A DNA stretch of 64,000 bases from Candidatus Omnitrophota bacterium (GCA_028711115.1 JAQTSV010000001.1:1368928-1432927), one strand, 5' to 3'. Counted from the first letter of the stretch, positions 1 through 9,711 are shown. Made by a program: numbers and translations. Notes: generated by a model from the sequence alone, not told the origin.

Positions 1-1
1 C

Positions 2-718
2 AATGATCTGCCGAAAGCCGAAGATAAATTCGGCCTTAAAACTCAGGAAACCGGATTTTTCTCTTTGGGGGATCCGCTGCCCGGATTTGACAATTGGCTG
101 CCTTTGGATTTTGCGGATTTATTTAATCTTAAGGAAAAAGAATTTACGGATGTAATGCAGACTCCCCGCGGCCCGTATATATTCCAGCTCAAAGAAAAAC
201 GTCTCGACTATACTCCTAGCTTTGAGGAATTAAAAGGTAAAATCAAGAAAATACTCACCGCAGAGAAAGCCAGAGAACTCGCAAAAACCAAAATGGATAA
301 TTACTATTCGCAGATAACAACAAAAATAAAAGAAAATTCCAATCCGGATTTAATAAAAATTGCGGATAGCCTTTCGCTTCCTGTAAAAGAAACTGATTTA
401 TTCTCCAGATATACAGCCGTGCCGGAAATAGGCGCATTTGAAAATTTCAACGAGGCCGCATGCAATTTAAAAGAAGGGCAAATCAGCGAAATAACAGAAC
501 TCCCTCAGGGTTATTTTGTCGTTATTTTAATCTCACAGCGTAAACCTATAGACGAGGAAAAATTTAAGAAAGAAAAAGAAGCTGTGCAGCAGGAATTATT
601 GCGGGATAAGAAAGCCAAAGTCTTCGACGAATTTTTCGCAAGCATAAGAAGCAGGGCTAACCCAAAAGATTTCATCGGTCCGCAAGAGAAACCGAATTCT
701 CCCACCAAATCTAATTAG
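2..718 (+). CDS. PpiD/SurA-like peptidyl-prolyl isomerase-chaperone, C-terminal part (5' end lies outside the window)
   Basis: The frame is open from base 2. The translation shows the end of a parvulin-like segment (TPRGPYIFQLKEKR) followed by a long helical, Lys/Glu-rich tail as in PpiD-type chaperones. Stop TAG is at 716-718. Confidence 0.5.
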   Translation, partial: NDLPKAEDKFGLKTQETGFFSLGDPLPGFDNWLPLDFADLFNLKEKEFTDVMQTPRGPYIFQLKEKRLDYTPSFEELKGKIKKILTAEKARELAKTKMDNYYSQITTKIKENSNPDLIKIADSLSLPVKETDLFSRYTAVPEIGAFENFNEAACNLKEGQISEITELPQGYFVVILISQRKPIDEEKFKKEKEAVQQELLRDKKAKVFDEFFASIRSRANPKDFIGPQEKPNSPTKSN

Positions 719-1566
719 ACATTCCCCAGATAAACAAACTTAAGTTTTTTCCTGGCAATTTCTTCGGCTTTTTTCAACGTGGCAATTGGCGTGGGCGCTA
801 AATCCATTTTGTAACAAGGAAAATAGCGGGAAAAATGCAGCGGCACGGAATCTCCCAAATTGGTATAAATCCAATCTGTGAGCTTTATAAAATTTTCCTG
901 ACTATCGTTAAGTGTAGGTATGATTAAATTCGTAAGTTCGATATGGCAATGTTTATGGCTTTCCTTTATAACTTCTAAAACAGGTTCTACTCTTCCGCCG
1001 CAGGTATTGATATAAAATTTATCCTCTATGGATTTTATGTCAATATTCATGGCGTCGATGAGCGGCAAAATTTCCTTAAGCGGTTCTAAATTCACATAGC
1101 CATTAGTCACCAAAACGTTCTTAAGGCCTTCCTCCTTGGCCAATTTCGCTGTGTCCAAAACAAATTCATACCAGATAAAAGGTTCGTTATAGGTATAGGC
1201 CACGCCGAAAGAATTAAGCTGCTTCGCGCGCTTTATAATAAATTCCGAGCTTATCTCTTCGGTGGGTGCATTCAAATCTTTGGAGATATTCCAATTCTGA
1301 CAAAAAAGGCAAGAGAGATTACAACCTTTTGTGCCTATGGAAAGAATGAATTCTCCGGGATGAAAATGATAGAGCGGTTTTTTCTCGATAGGATCTAAGG
1401 CGAGAGAAGTTGCCTGTGCATAAATTAACGAATAAAGCTTACCTTTTTGATTTTTCCGCACTCCACACAATCCTAGTTTTCCTTCCAGAATCAAACAATT
1501 GTGCGGGCATAAACGGCACCGGACCTTTGAATTATCCTTGGCCTCATAGAATAAGGCTTCTTTCAT
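715..1566 (-). CDS. amrS: AmmeMemoRadiSam-type radical SAM enzyme (PflA-like activase family)
   Basis: N-terminal CRLCPHNC...GLCGVR, DPIEKKPLYHFHPG and GCNLSCLFCQNW (CX3CX2C) match the signature I recall for the AmmeMemoRadiSam system radical SAM enzymes. Confidence 0.7.
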   Translation of the reverse strand: MKEALFYEAKDNSKVRCRLCPHNCLILEGKLGLCGVRKNQKGKLYSLIYAQATSLALDPIEKKPLYHFHPGEFILSIGTKGCNLSCLFCQNWNISKDLNAPTEEISSEFIIKRAKQLNSFGVAYTYNEPFIWYEFVLDTAKLAKEEGLKNVLVTNGYVNLEPLKEILPLIDAMNIDIKSIEDKFYINTCGGRVEPVLEVIKESHKHCHIELTNLIIPTLNDSQENFIKLTDWIYTNLGDSVPLHFSRYFPCYKMDLAPTPIATLKKAEEIARKKLKFVYLGNV

Positions 1567-1666
1567 AAAAGAGAGATTTTGCGGATTAAAAAATTTGGGT
1601 AAGCCTGGTGCTAAAACAACTGAAGGAAACCAGCTTTAGGGCTTTAAAATGCGCCGGACAAAATAC

Positions 1667-1849
1667 TTATCCTATTTTTATTGAGCTGACCGGGCACTGG
1701 TCTGCTACTTCCTGCAGATCGCAACCAGGGTCAGTAAATTTCTTCACATGCGCAATGCCATCACTCTGGACTTCAAACACGTTGGGGCAATTTTGCTCAC
1801 ATAGACCGCAACCTACACAAGTGGATTCATCCACTGTTACCTTCACCAT
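1667..1849 (-). CDS. fdx: Small single-cluster 4Fe-4S ferredoxin
   Basis: 60 aa with CVGCGLCEQNCP...CP. GGAGG lies 7 nt upstream of the ATG. The gene starts 15 nt downstream of the por stop. Confidence 0.85.
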   Translation of the reverse strand: MVKVTVDESTCVGCGLCEQNCPNVFEVQSDGIAHVKKFTDPGCDLQEVADQCPVSSIKIG

Positions 1850-1863
1850 CTTACTACCTCCGT

Positions 1864-4800
1864 TTATTTGACTTCGTTTTGTTCGCTGCCATAATTTAGC
1901 TGCGACAATTGTTTATATAATCTGAATCTCGCAGCAGCATCTTCCCGCGCTAACTTCATTAATTCCTCTGCTGCCTTGGGATCTGTGCTCTTTAATACTC
2001 TGTATCTATTTTCTCCGTAGGCATACTCTTCAAACGGAACTGTGGGGTCTTTGCTGTCCAACACAAACGGATTCTTGCCTTCGTTCTTTAACGCGGGATT
2101 GAATCTCAACAACGGCCAGTGTCCGCTTGCTACGGCTTTTTTCTGATCGTTAAGCAAAGCACAACCCATATCAATACCGTGGGCAATACAATGCGCGTAA
2201 GCAATGATAATGGACGGGCCGTCATAAGCCTCCGCCTCTACGAATGCGCGTACCAGCTGATTAGGATCAGCCCCTATAGCAACCTTGGCTACATAAATGT
2301 AACCATAACTCATCATCATCATCGCCAAATCTTTTTTCGCGGTCGGCTTTCCGCTGGCGGCAAACTGCGCCACAGCCGCACGCGGCGTAGACTTGGAAGC
2401 CTGCCCGCCGGTATTAGAATAAACCTCTGTGTCCAATACCAGAATGTTTACATTTTTCCCCGACGCCAATACATGATCTAAGCCGCCGTAACCAATATCA
2501 TAAGCCCAGCCATCACCGCCCACTCCCCACACCGACTTCTTTACCAGATAATCCGCCACTGACAAGAGCTCTTTTGCCAAAACGGATTTGACAGGCGGTA
2601 ACATTTTTTTGAGCCTGGCAACGCGCTCACGCTGCAGTTCAATATTTTCCTGTGTAGACTGGTCTGCTGATTTAATCTCCTTTAATAAATCTTTGAGTTT
2701 TTCTAAATTGCTACCGTCATTAATTATTCTGTCCACTAACTCCAGCGCGTACTGACTGAATTTATCCACGGCAAGCCTCATGCCAAAGGCAAACTCTGCC
2801 GCATCCTCAAATAATGAATTGCTCCATGCCGGGCCTCTGCCATCCAGGCGCTTTGTATAAGGTGTGGTGGGTAAATTTCCGCCGTATATTGAGGAACAAC
2901 CTGTGGCATTGGCAATCATCAGCCTGTCGCCAAAAAGCTGCGTGAGAAGTTTTACGTAAGCTGTCTCGCCGCAACCTGCGCAGGCACCGGAATATTCAAA
3001 TAAAGGTTTAACGAGTTGTGAGCCTTTGAGCGTATTCTTATCAAATAATTTGGGATCTGTCTCGGGCAAATCCAAAAAGAACTTATAGTTTCTGGCTTCG
3101 CTTTCACGAATAGGCACCTGCGCAACCATTTTTATCGCTTCCTTGGCTTTCACCGGACAGTTTTCTACGCAAGTCCCGCAACCAGTGCAATCCTCAGGCG
3201 CAACCTGCAATGTAAACTTCATACCTTCACTTGAACCTTTACCTTTTGGTTCTGTGGATTTAAATCCCTGCGGCGCCTTCTCCAGAAATTTGGCATCGTA
3301 CATCTTCATACGAATTGCAGCGTGCGGACAGACCAAAGAACAACGGCCGCACTGAATACAGGTCTCGGGATTCCACAGCGGAATATTAACCGCGATATTG
3401 CGTTTTTCGTATTGGGCTGTGGCTGTTGGCCAGGTTCCGTCTGCCGGCATCTGGGATACCTTAAGACTTGCGCCTTCTCTTTTAATAATCTTACAGGTAA
3501 CATCTTTTACAAATTCGGGAACATCCACTCCTTCCATTCCTGTGCATTTAATCTCTAAAACAGGATTTGTGGGTTTGGGAGGAACTTTTACCTCCTGAAT
3601 GCTGCTCAAGGCTTTGTCCACGGCGCTGATATTCATCTTCACTACATCTTCGCCTTTTCTGCCGTATGTCTTCTTAATTGCGCTCTTGATTTCCTCAATG
3701 GCGATATTTTCATCAATTACTTTTGAAATCTTAAAGAAGGCTGTCTGCATAATGGTATTGATGCGCGCGCCTAAACCTAATCCTTCTGCAATATTTATGG
3801 CATCAATCACATAGAATTTTAATTTCTTGTCGATAATCTGCTTCTGGACCATTCCGGGAAGTTTGGACCAGACTTCGTCTTTATCATAAATTGAAGTCAG
3901 CAAAAATGTCCCGCCATTCATAACGTTTTTGAGCATATCGAACTTGTCCAAAAATGAGAAATTGTGGCAGGCCAGAAAATTTGCAGAAGTAATAAGGTAG
4001 GGGCTGCGGATTATATTCTTGCCGAACCTTAAATGCGATACAGTCACCGCCCCGGCTTTTTTGGAATCGTATTCAAAATAACCCTGCGTGTAATTTTCGG
4101 TTTTCTCAGCAATAATTTTGATGGAATTTTTATTGGCGCTGACAGTACCGTCGGAACCCAAGCCATAAAACATCGCCCGGTAAACGCTGGCTGGTTCGAC
4201 GCTAAAATTATAATCGACCTCAAGGCTCGTATTCATTACGTCATCGATAACGCCGACGGTAAAATGGTTCTTGGGCTTTTTATTCTTAAGATTCTCGAAT
4301 ACTGCCTTTACCATCGCAGGCGTAAATTCTGCAGAACCCAGGCCGTAGCGCCCGCCGATAACCACAGGATAATCTTTGGATTTAAGCCATTTTTCGTGCA
4401 TTGCCTCGCCGATAGCTGTGCGTACATCTTCATATAATGGTTCGCCCAGGCTGCCCGGTTCTTTGGTGCGGTCTAATACAGCAATTCTCTTTACTTTCTT
4501 GGGTAAAACATTAGCAAATGCCTGCACATCAAATGGCCGATACAAACGCACTTTTACTACGCCTAATTTGCTGCCTTTTCTATTTAGGTATTCGACTGTC
4601 TCATGCACAACTTCTCCGCCTGAACCAATAACTACGATAATATCTTCAGCATCAGGTGAACCTACATAATCAAATAATTGATATTTCCTGCCTGTAAGCT
4701 TGGCAAATTTATCCATTTCTTCCTGCACAATCTTAGGACAGACAGCATAATATTTATTTACAGTTTCTCTGCCGATAAAATAGACATCCGGATTTTGCGA

Positions 4801-5454
4801 TGTTCCGCGCAGCACCGGATTATCCGGAGACATTCCTCTGCTGCGGTGCTGTTTGACCAATTCATTGTCAATCATCTCTTTTATATCATCGAAGGTCAGC
4901 TCTTCTATCTTCTGTATCTCGTGAGAAACGCGGAATCCTTCAAAAAAGTGCAGGAATGGTATGCGCGATCTAAGCGTAGCTGCGTGTGAAATAAGGGCAA
5001 GGTCCATTGATTCTTGCACGCTGCCGGAAGCAAGCATAGCCCAGCCGCAGGAACGCACGCCCATTACATCTGAATGATCTCCAAAAATAGACAGGGCCTG
5101 GCAGGCAAGCGAACGCGCGGCAATATGGAAAACAGCAGGCAATAATTCTCCGGAGATTTTGTACATATTGGGAATCATAAGTAAAAGCCCCTGCGAAGCG
5201 GTAAATGTCGTAGTCAGGGCCCCGGAAGTCAAAGAACCGTGCACTGCGCCTGCAGCTCCGGCCTCTGACTGCAGTTCTACAACTTTAGGAACCGTACCCC
5301 AGATATTAACCTCGCCTTTGGCTGACTTGGCATCAGCTATCTCGCCCATAGGCGATGACGGCGTAATAGGATAAATAGCAATTACCTCGTTGGTGGCATG
5401 GGCAACGTGCGCTACTGCACTATTGCCGTCATGAGGCACCATTTCACGTCTCAT
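1864..5454 (-). CDS. nifJ: Pyruvate:ferredoxin (flavodoxin) oxidoreductase, single-polypeptide PFOR
   Basis: 1196 aa with IAIYPITPSS at the N-terminus, twin CxxCxxCxxxCP ferredoxin motifs mid-protein and a GGDGWAYDIGYGGLDH TPP-binding motif. GGAGG lies 5 nt upstream of the ATG at 5454. Confidence 0.95.
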   Translation of the reverse strand: MRREMVPHDGNSAVAHVAHATNEVIAIYPITPSSPMGEIADAKSAKGEVNIWGTVPKVVELQSEAGAAGAVHGSLTSGALTTTFTASQGLLLMIPNMYKISGELLPAVFHIAARSLACQALSIFGDHSDVMGVRSCGWAMLASGSVQESMDLALISHAATLRSRIPFLHFFEGFRVSHEIQKIEELTFDDIKEMIDNELVKQHRSRGMSPDNPVLRGTSQNPDVYFIGRETVNKYYAVCPKIVQEEMDKFAKLTGRKYQLFDYVGSPDAEDIIVVIGSGGEVVHETVEYLNRKGSKLGVVKVRLYRPFDVQAFANVLPKKVKRIAVLDRTKEPGSLGEPLYEDVRTAIGEAMHEKWLKSKDYPVVIGGRYGLGSAEFTPAMVKAVFENLKNKKPKNHFTVGVIDDVMNTSLEVDYNFSVEPASVYRAMFYGLGSDGTVSANKNSIKIIAEKTENYTQGYFEYDSKKAGAVTVSHLRFGKNIIRSPYLITSANFLACHNFSFLDKFDMLKNVMNGGTFLLTSIYDKDEVWSKLPGMVQKQIIDKKLKFYVIDAINIAEGLGLGARINTIMQTAFFKISKVIDENIAIEEIKSAIKKTYGRKGEDVVKMNISAVDKALSSIQEVKVPPKPTNPVLEIKCTGMEGVDVPEFVKDVTCKIIKREGASLKVSQMPADGTWPTATAQYEKRNIAVNIPLWNPETCIQCGRCSLVCPHAAIRMKMYDAKFLEKAPQGFKSTEPKGKGSSEGMKFTLQVAPEDCTGCGTCVENCPVKAKEAIKMVAQVPIRESEARNYKFFLDLPETDPKLFDKNTLKGSQLVKPLFEYSGACAGCGETAYVKLLTQLFGDRLMIANATGCSSIYGGNLPTTPYTKRLDGRGPAWSNSLFEDAAEFAFGMRLAVDKFSQYALELVDRIINDGSNLEKLKDLLKEIKSADQSTQENIELQRERVARLKKMLPPVKSVLAKELLSVADYLVKKSVWGVGGDGWAYDIGYGGLDHVLASGKNVNILVLDTEVYSNTGGQASKSTPRAAVAQFAASGKPTAKKDLAMMMMSYGYIYVAKVAIGADPNQLVRAFVEAEAYDGPSIIIAYAHCIAHGIDMGCALLNDQKKAVASGHWPLLRFNPALKNEGKNPFVLDSKDPTVPFEEYAYGENRYRVLKSTDPKAAEELMKLAREDAAARFRLYKQLSQLNYGSEQNEVK

Positions 5455-5521
5455 AAAAACCTCCGAAATTATATATTTAGTTTATCTAAAAGCTAAGTGG
5501 TAAGAATCGAAACAGGAAAGA

Positions 5522-5550
5522 ATTTTAACACAAAGGAAAGGTCAAGTCAA
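5522..5550 (-). promoter_or_regulatory. Putative sigma70-type promoter of por (-35 TTGACT, 17-nt spacer, -10 TAAAAT)
   Basis: The minus strand reads TTGACTtgacctttcctttgtgtTAAAAT, about 70 nt upstream of the por ATG. Confidence 0.5.
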
Positions 5551-5592
5551 TATATTCGTATACTTTAAAACTTGGGGCTATTTAGCTTTATG

Positions 5593-7578
5593 CTACTTAC
5601 AGGCTTTCGCTGTATTTGAATTATTATTGTTGCGGGGCAGCGACTGGAGGAACCTGGAAATGATATCTTTCTCTCTATCGTTGAGACTCAGGAATTCCAA
5701 CCCCAGTTTATATTGCGTAGGCTCTTCAGACGGACGCTCCATATTCATCACCCAGGCAACACGCGCCTTAGCCAGAAGAGGACTCTTTCTGCTGGGGATA
5801 TCCAAACCTATGTCCAGCCGGCTATTCTCTTTAAAAAGGCTTCTCGATACCAGGCATATGCCGCCCTGTGAAATATCTGTGGTATGGGCTGATTCTGCTT
5901 TTTCCTTGGAAAGGTTGATTTTAACCTTGAGCTTCTGCGCGAATCTCTCGAAACGCCTACTTTCCAAACCGATATACATCCTCTTTATGTTAAAATTAGG
6001 GTAAAAATTGTTGCTGGGATGTATTTTTTCCTTATGCAGAGAAGATAAAATTCCCACATTGGCAAAAATATTTTCTTTCTCTTTTTCTTTAAAATAGTCC
6101 CTGATTCTTGAGCTCAATAAAATGCAGAGTTGCGCGGCTTGCTTTTCTTCGGTTTCGGGAATCACAATGCTAAACTCGCCGTTCTGTGTCTGGTGTAAGA
6201 ATAGCCGGGGCTTTAATTTATCCTGCTGGGAAAATTCATCGCAGGCAGACTTTACAATAGTCTGCAGGTCAGCGATTAATTGTTTCGGCTGAATTTTGAC
6301 TTTATCTTTTAACCCTTGGTAATTCACCATAAGCAAATTTATCAGATAAAACGGGATATTCTTTCTCAATAAACCATTCAAGTCCATTCGCAGCTCTTCC
6401 GGGATTATTTGTTTTGTATACAATAACGGCAAGGTAAAATAAAATTCGCTGCCCACTCCTAGGTGGGATTCAACCCATATCTGACCGCCGTGCCTTTTTA
6501 TCAATTCCCGGCAAATAGAAAGCCCCAATCCTACGCCTTTTTTCTCGGCGCCGGCTTTATTGGAAACCTGTACAAATTTATTAAACAACTTGGGCAAATC
6601 TTCCTGGGAAATTCCGATACCCGTATCCGATACGCCTACTTTAACCATGGTGTCCAAAACGCGCACATCGACTGTTATCTTTCCGTCCTGTTCGGTGAAT
6701 TTTATGGCGTTATTAATCAGATTAACGACAACCTGGCGTATCCTTTCCACGTCGATAAAAACATTAATCTGTTCCTTGGGTATTTTATAAATTATGTTTA
6801 TGCCTTTTTGGCTGGCTAATTTTATAAAGAAATCCGCGGTATCGCTAATGACGCTGTTTAAATTAACTAAAGAATAGCGAAGAGCGAACCTTTCGCTCTC
6901 AAGTCTAGATATATCAAGCAAGTCCTCTATAATCTTTTTAAGGCGCTCTACATTATCTTCTGTTTTGACAAGCAGGTCTTTTTGTTTTTCGTTGATCGGC
7001 CCGGCCAAATTATCCAGAATAAGCCTTACGCCTTCTTTTATGATTGCCAAAGGCGTCCTCAGCTCATGGGAAACGATGGAGACAAACTCGGACTTCATCT
7101 TGTTTATCTCCTGCAATGATTCTATCTTCTTTTCGATATTGACCTTTTCCTTCTCCGTGCGCTCTAACTGCATTCTGCGGGTAATATCCCTGGTGATACC
7201 CATAAGGCCGATAATCTTTCCCTTGTCGTCGTAACGGGGGACCTTGGTTGTGGAAACATAATTATCCACACCATCCGGCCGCGTGGCCCTCTCAATCTTA
7301 TCGATGATGGACTTACCTGTCCTCATCACATAGTTGTCATCTCTGGCCATCAATTTGGCGCGTTCCTTGGAAAAGATATCGAAATCAGTCTTGCCCACGA
7401 CCTGCTCAGGCGTAAGGCCCAAACCTTTTGCGTGGGCTTGATTCACTAAAACAAATCTACCTTTTCTATCCTTAACATAGACCACATCGGGAATATGATC
7501 TATCAAATCCAGGGATAGACGGTATTTGTATCTTAGGTCTTTTGTTCTGATTTTCTTTTTTGCTCTGCTTTTGATCAT
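5593..7578 (-). CDS. Cytoplasmic sensor histidine kinase: PAS - HisKA - HATPase_c - degenerate GGDEF-like - PilZ
   Basis: H-box SHELRTPL. N/G boxes NLINNAIKF, DTGIGI and GVGLGLSIC. A PAS-like N-terminus. QNGEFSIVIPETEEKQA sits in place of GGDEF. The C-terminal PilZ motifs RRFER and DISQGG are present. No TM segment is seen. Confidence 0.8.
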   Translation of the reverse strand: MIKSRAKKKIRTKDLRYKYRLSLDLIDHIPDVVYVKDRKGRFVLVNQAHAKGLGLTPEQVVGKTDFDIFSKERAKLMARDDNYVMRTGKSIIDKIERATRPDGVDNYVSTTKVPRYDDKGKIIGLMGITRDITRRMQLERTEKEKVNIEKKIESLQEINKMKSEFVSIVSHELRTPLAIIKEGVRLILDNLAGPINEKQKDLLVKTEDNVERLKKIIEDLLDISRLESERFALRYSLVNLNSVISDTADFFIKLASQKGINIIYKIPKEQINVFIDVERIRQVVVNLINNAIKFTEQDGKITVDVRVLDTMVKVGVSDTGIGISQEDLPKLFNKFVQVSNKAGAEKKGVGLGLSICRELIKRHGGQIWVESHLGVGSEFYFTLPLLYTKQIIPEELRMDLNGLLRKNIPFYLINLLMVNYQGLKDKVKIQPKQLIADLQTIVKSACDEFSQQDKLKPRLFLHQTQNGEFSIVIPETEEKQAAQLCILLSSRIRDYFKEKEKENIFANVGILSSLHKEKIHPSNNFYPNFNIKRMYIGLESRRFERFAQKLKVKINLSKEKAESAHTTDISQGGICLVSRSLFKENSRLDIGLDIPSRKSPLLAKARVAWVMNMERPSEEPTQYKLGLEFLSLNDREKDIISRFLQSLPRNNNNSNTAKACK

Positions 7579-7607
7579 AAATACTTTTTTTATCTCTAAA
7601 ATAACTG

Positions 7608-7638
7608 CGGGAAATAAATGCGCTGGAGCGACCAGCGC
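7608..7638 (-). terminator. Intrinsic terminator after the fur-family gene
   Basis: Perfect 7-bp stem GCGCTGG/CCAGCGC with a 5-nt loop at 7620-7638, followed on the minus strand by ATTTATTT. Confidence 0.55.
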
Positions 7639-7650
7639 TATATATTGATA

Positions 7651-8100
7651 TTATACCTTATTATTCCTGATATTTCTATTATTCTTTTTCTTTTTTAACT
7701 TACAGAGGTCGCACAGGCCAAAAAATACCAAACGGTGGGATAAGATACGAAATCCCGTAATCTGCATCACCCTGTCGTCTAATTCTTTCATGGGAGGAAT
7801 CTTTATATCGTATATATTCTGGCAGCTGCTGCAGATAAAATGGTAATGGGAATGCGAAACTGCGTCGAACCGGCTAAAACCCGTGCCTAAATTCAGCTCC
7901 CAAATTTGACCTTTCTCTTTTAAAATACGCAGATTCCTGTAAACCGTGCCCAAGCTTAAATTCCTGAATTTTTTCTTAAGTTTACGGTAAATCCAGTCAG
8001 CCGTAGGGTGCGACTTGGAATTAACCAAAACATCCAGGATTTTCTGGCGCTGCTTGGTATTGCGATATGAATCTTTATCTTTATCTTTATTAGTAATCAT
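7651..8100 (-). CDS. Fur-family metalloregulator (PerR/Fur-like)
   Basis: HPTADWIYRKL...LGTVYRNLRIL winged-helix region, a HSHYHF segment, and two CxxC pairs (CSSC, CDLC). Confidence 0.8.
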   Translation of the reverse strand: MITNKDKDKDSYRNTKQRQKILDVLVNSKSHPTADWIYRKLKKKFRNLSLGTVYRNLRILKEKGQIWELNLGTGFSRFDAVSHSHYHFICSSCQNIYDIKIPPMKELDDRVMQITGFRILSHRLVFFGLCDLCKLKKKKNNRNIRNNKV

Positions 8101-8236
8101 TCCTATTATTATTTGTATCCTTAATTGTATAGATATTTACAGGAAAGTCAAGGTTTTTATACGGTGCTTTAGGAAGGTAATCGTTTTGGTCCTACGTACA
8201 GACTGCAGAGACTGTGAAGGGTTTATAGATATGGAT

Positions 8237-8728
8237 TTATTTCAACATTCGCTCTTTATAGTCGGATGGTAGGTCATTTTCTACCGATATCACCTTGCCT
8301 TCCTTGGAAATCAAAATTAAAGTAGGCACGCCGATAATATCGTATTGCATAGATACCATGCCATCTAAATCTAGAAGCACCGGATATTTTATATAATATC
8401 TCTGGGCAAAATTTGCCACCCTTTCTTTTGACTCGGTAATATCAATAGCCAATAATTCGATGCCGGAAGCCAACATATTGGGGTATTCTTTATTTAACAG
8501 GGGTAATTCCTGGCGGCAATACGGACACGATGTAGTCAGAAAGAATAAAACTACTGCCTTGCCCTTAAAGTCGCTGAGCGAAACATTTTTGCCCGACAAG
8601 TTAACCAAGGTAAAACCTGGCGCCTGTTGATTTTCATTTTTATTTTGCATAGAATAAAAAGAAGAAGAATCAAAACATAAAGCCAAAACCAAACATAAAG
8701 CAAAAACTACGGTAATAATCTTTCTCAT
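8237..8728 (-). CDS. TlpA/ResA-like thiol-disulfide oxidoreductase (thioredoxin fold, exported)
   Basis: CPYC active site within FFLTTSCPYCRQE. I place the start at the ATG at 8728 (MRKIITVVFALCL signal peptide), which forms an ATGA overlap with the ccdA stop. The longer ORF in the track would overlap ccdA. Confidence 0.75.
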   Translation of the reverse strand: MRKIITVVFALCLVLALCFDSSSFYSMQNKNENQQAPGFTLVNLSGKNVSLSDFKGKAVVLFFLTTSCPYCRQELPLLNKEYPNMLASGIELLAIDITESKERVANFAQRYYIKYPVLLDLDGMVSMQYDIIGVPTLILISKEGKVISVENDLPSDYKERMLK

Positions 8729-9393
8729 ATAAAATATCCTCCTGCCTGAATCAAAAAATACTCGCCTGCTCCGATTAAAATTAAACCGCAAAACTTTTTT
8801 ATTCTCGTTGCCCAAATGCCTGACTTTGGCAAATTGACAAGAATACTGCTAAACGTCCCTGACAAAATCAGTACAGTGCATAAACCGTAGGCAAAACAGA
8901 ATAATAAAAACACTCCGTACAGTAAATTTTGTTTTGTAGCCACATAGATTAATATCGTAGCCAGAACCGGCACTATACACGGGCCAACAATCAAGCCAGA
9001 AACCAAGCCTAATAAGAAAACTAAGAATATGCTCTTAGGAACAATTTTTGTTGTGTTAAATACAGGCATGGGTATTGTAAATACATCCCATAACACCAAG
9101 CCAAAGAATATGCAGACATTAGCTAAAATAAAATAAGACCAGGGATTGCCAGCCATCTGGCCAAAAACTTTTCCTGTAAGGCTTGCTAATATTCCTAAAA
9201 TAGAATAAGTAGTCGCCACTCCCAAGGCATAAATAAGGCTTAATAAAAATCCTTTGAGGCGGGAGCCGGAAGCCGAGGCACCGATATATCCGACGGTGAT
9301 AGGCACCAACGGATAAACGCAAGGAGTAAAGCTGACTAAAACTCCCGCAAAAAATGCAATAAGAAAATCTAAAGGGCTACCTGCAAGATTCAT
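8725..9393 (-). CDS. ccdA: Cytochrome c biogenesis / thiol:disulfide electron transporter CcdA (DsbD core)
   Basis: Polytopic membrane protein with SFTPCVYPLVPI and GPCIVPVL, the two conserved Cys-Pro motifs of the CcdA/DsbD family. Confidence 0.85.
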   Translation of the reverse strand: MNLAGSPLDFLIAFFAGVLVSFTPCVYPLVPITVGYIGASASGSRLKGFLLSLIYALGVATTYSILGILASLTGKVFGQMAGNPWSYFILANVCIFFGLVLWDVFTIPMPVFNTTKIVPKSIFLVFLLGLVSGLIVGPCIVPVLATILIYVATKQNLLYGVFLLFCFAYGLCTVLILSGTFSSILVNLPKSGIWATRIKKFCGLILIGAGEYFLIQAGGYFI

Positions 9394-9688
9394 TGATCCA
9401 CTCCAGATAATCTTTATTCCCAGAAACTATGTCAATTGCAATTATCTCCGGAACATCATATGGATGTTTTGATTTTATGGCCTTGACTAATTTATCAAAC
9501 AAACTTTTTTTAGTTTTGATTACCAATAATGATTCTTTGGCCTTATCTATTTTCCCCTGCCACCAGAAAAAAGAATCTACTTTGGGTATAATATTTATAC
9601 ACGCGGCCAATTTCTTGGAAAGTAAAAAATCTATCAGCTTCTTTGCTTTAAAAACTCTGGGTATCGTAACTAAAACCATAATATGCAT
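9377..9688 (-). CDS. cutA: Divalent-cation tolerance protein CutA
   Basis: 103 aa with LAACINIIP...SFFWWQGKI...HPYDVPEI, typical of CutA1. It overlaps the ccdA start by 17 nt. Confidence 0.8.
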   Translation of the reverse strand: MHIMVLVTIPRVFKAKKLIDFLLSKKLAACINIIPKVDSFFWWQGKIDKAKESLLVIKTKKSLFDKLVKAIKSKHPYDVPEIIAIDIVSGNKDYLEWINESCR

Positions 9689-9711
9689 ATTTATTTCTTA
9701 AATTTTTATCT

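Noticed and set aside
1608-1871. 87-aa plus-strand ORF across the ferredoxin locus
   Set aside because: It is antisense to a textbook 4Fe-4S ferredoxin gene that has a strong RBS. Its translation has no features of its own.
8729-8815. N-terminal extensions suggested by the ORF track. These are tlpA to 8815, flavodoxin to 10586, the FG-GAP gene to 37441 (TTG), bioB to 62910 (TTG), the small protein to 35792 and the small protein to 35550 (TTG).
   Set aside because: Internal ATGs with good Shine-Dalgarno spacing yield proper signal peptides or family-typical N-termini and remove overlaps with upstream genes. For bioB, the internal ATG also removes the conflict with the upstream promoter. The extensions encode non-conserved-looking sequence.
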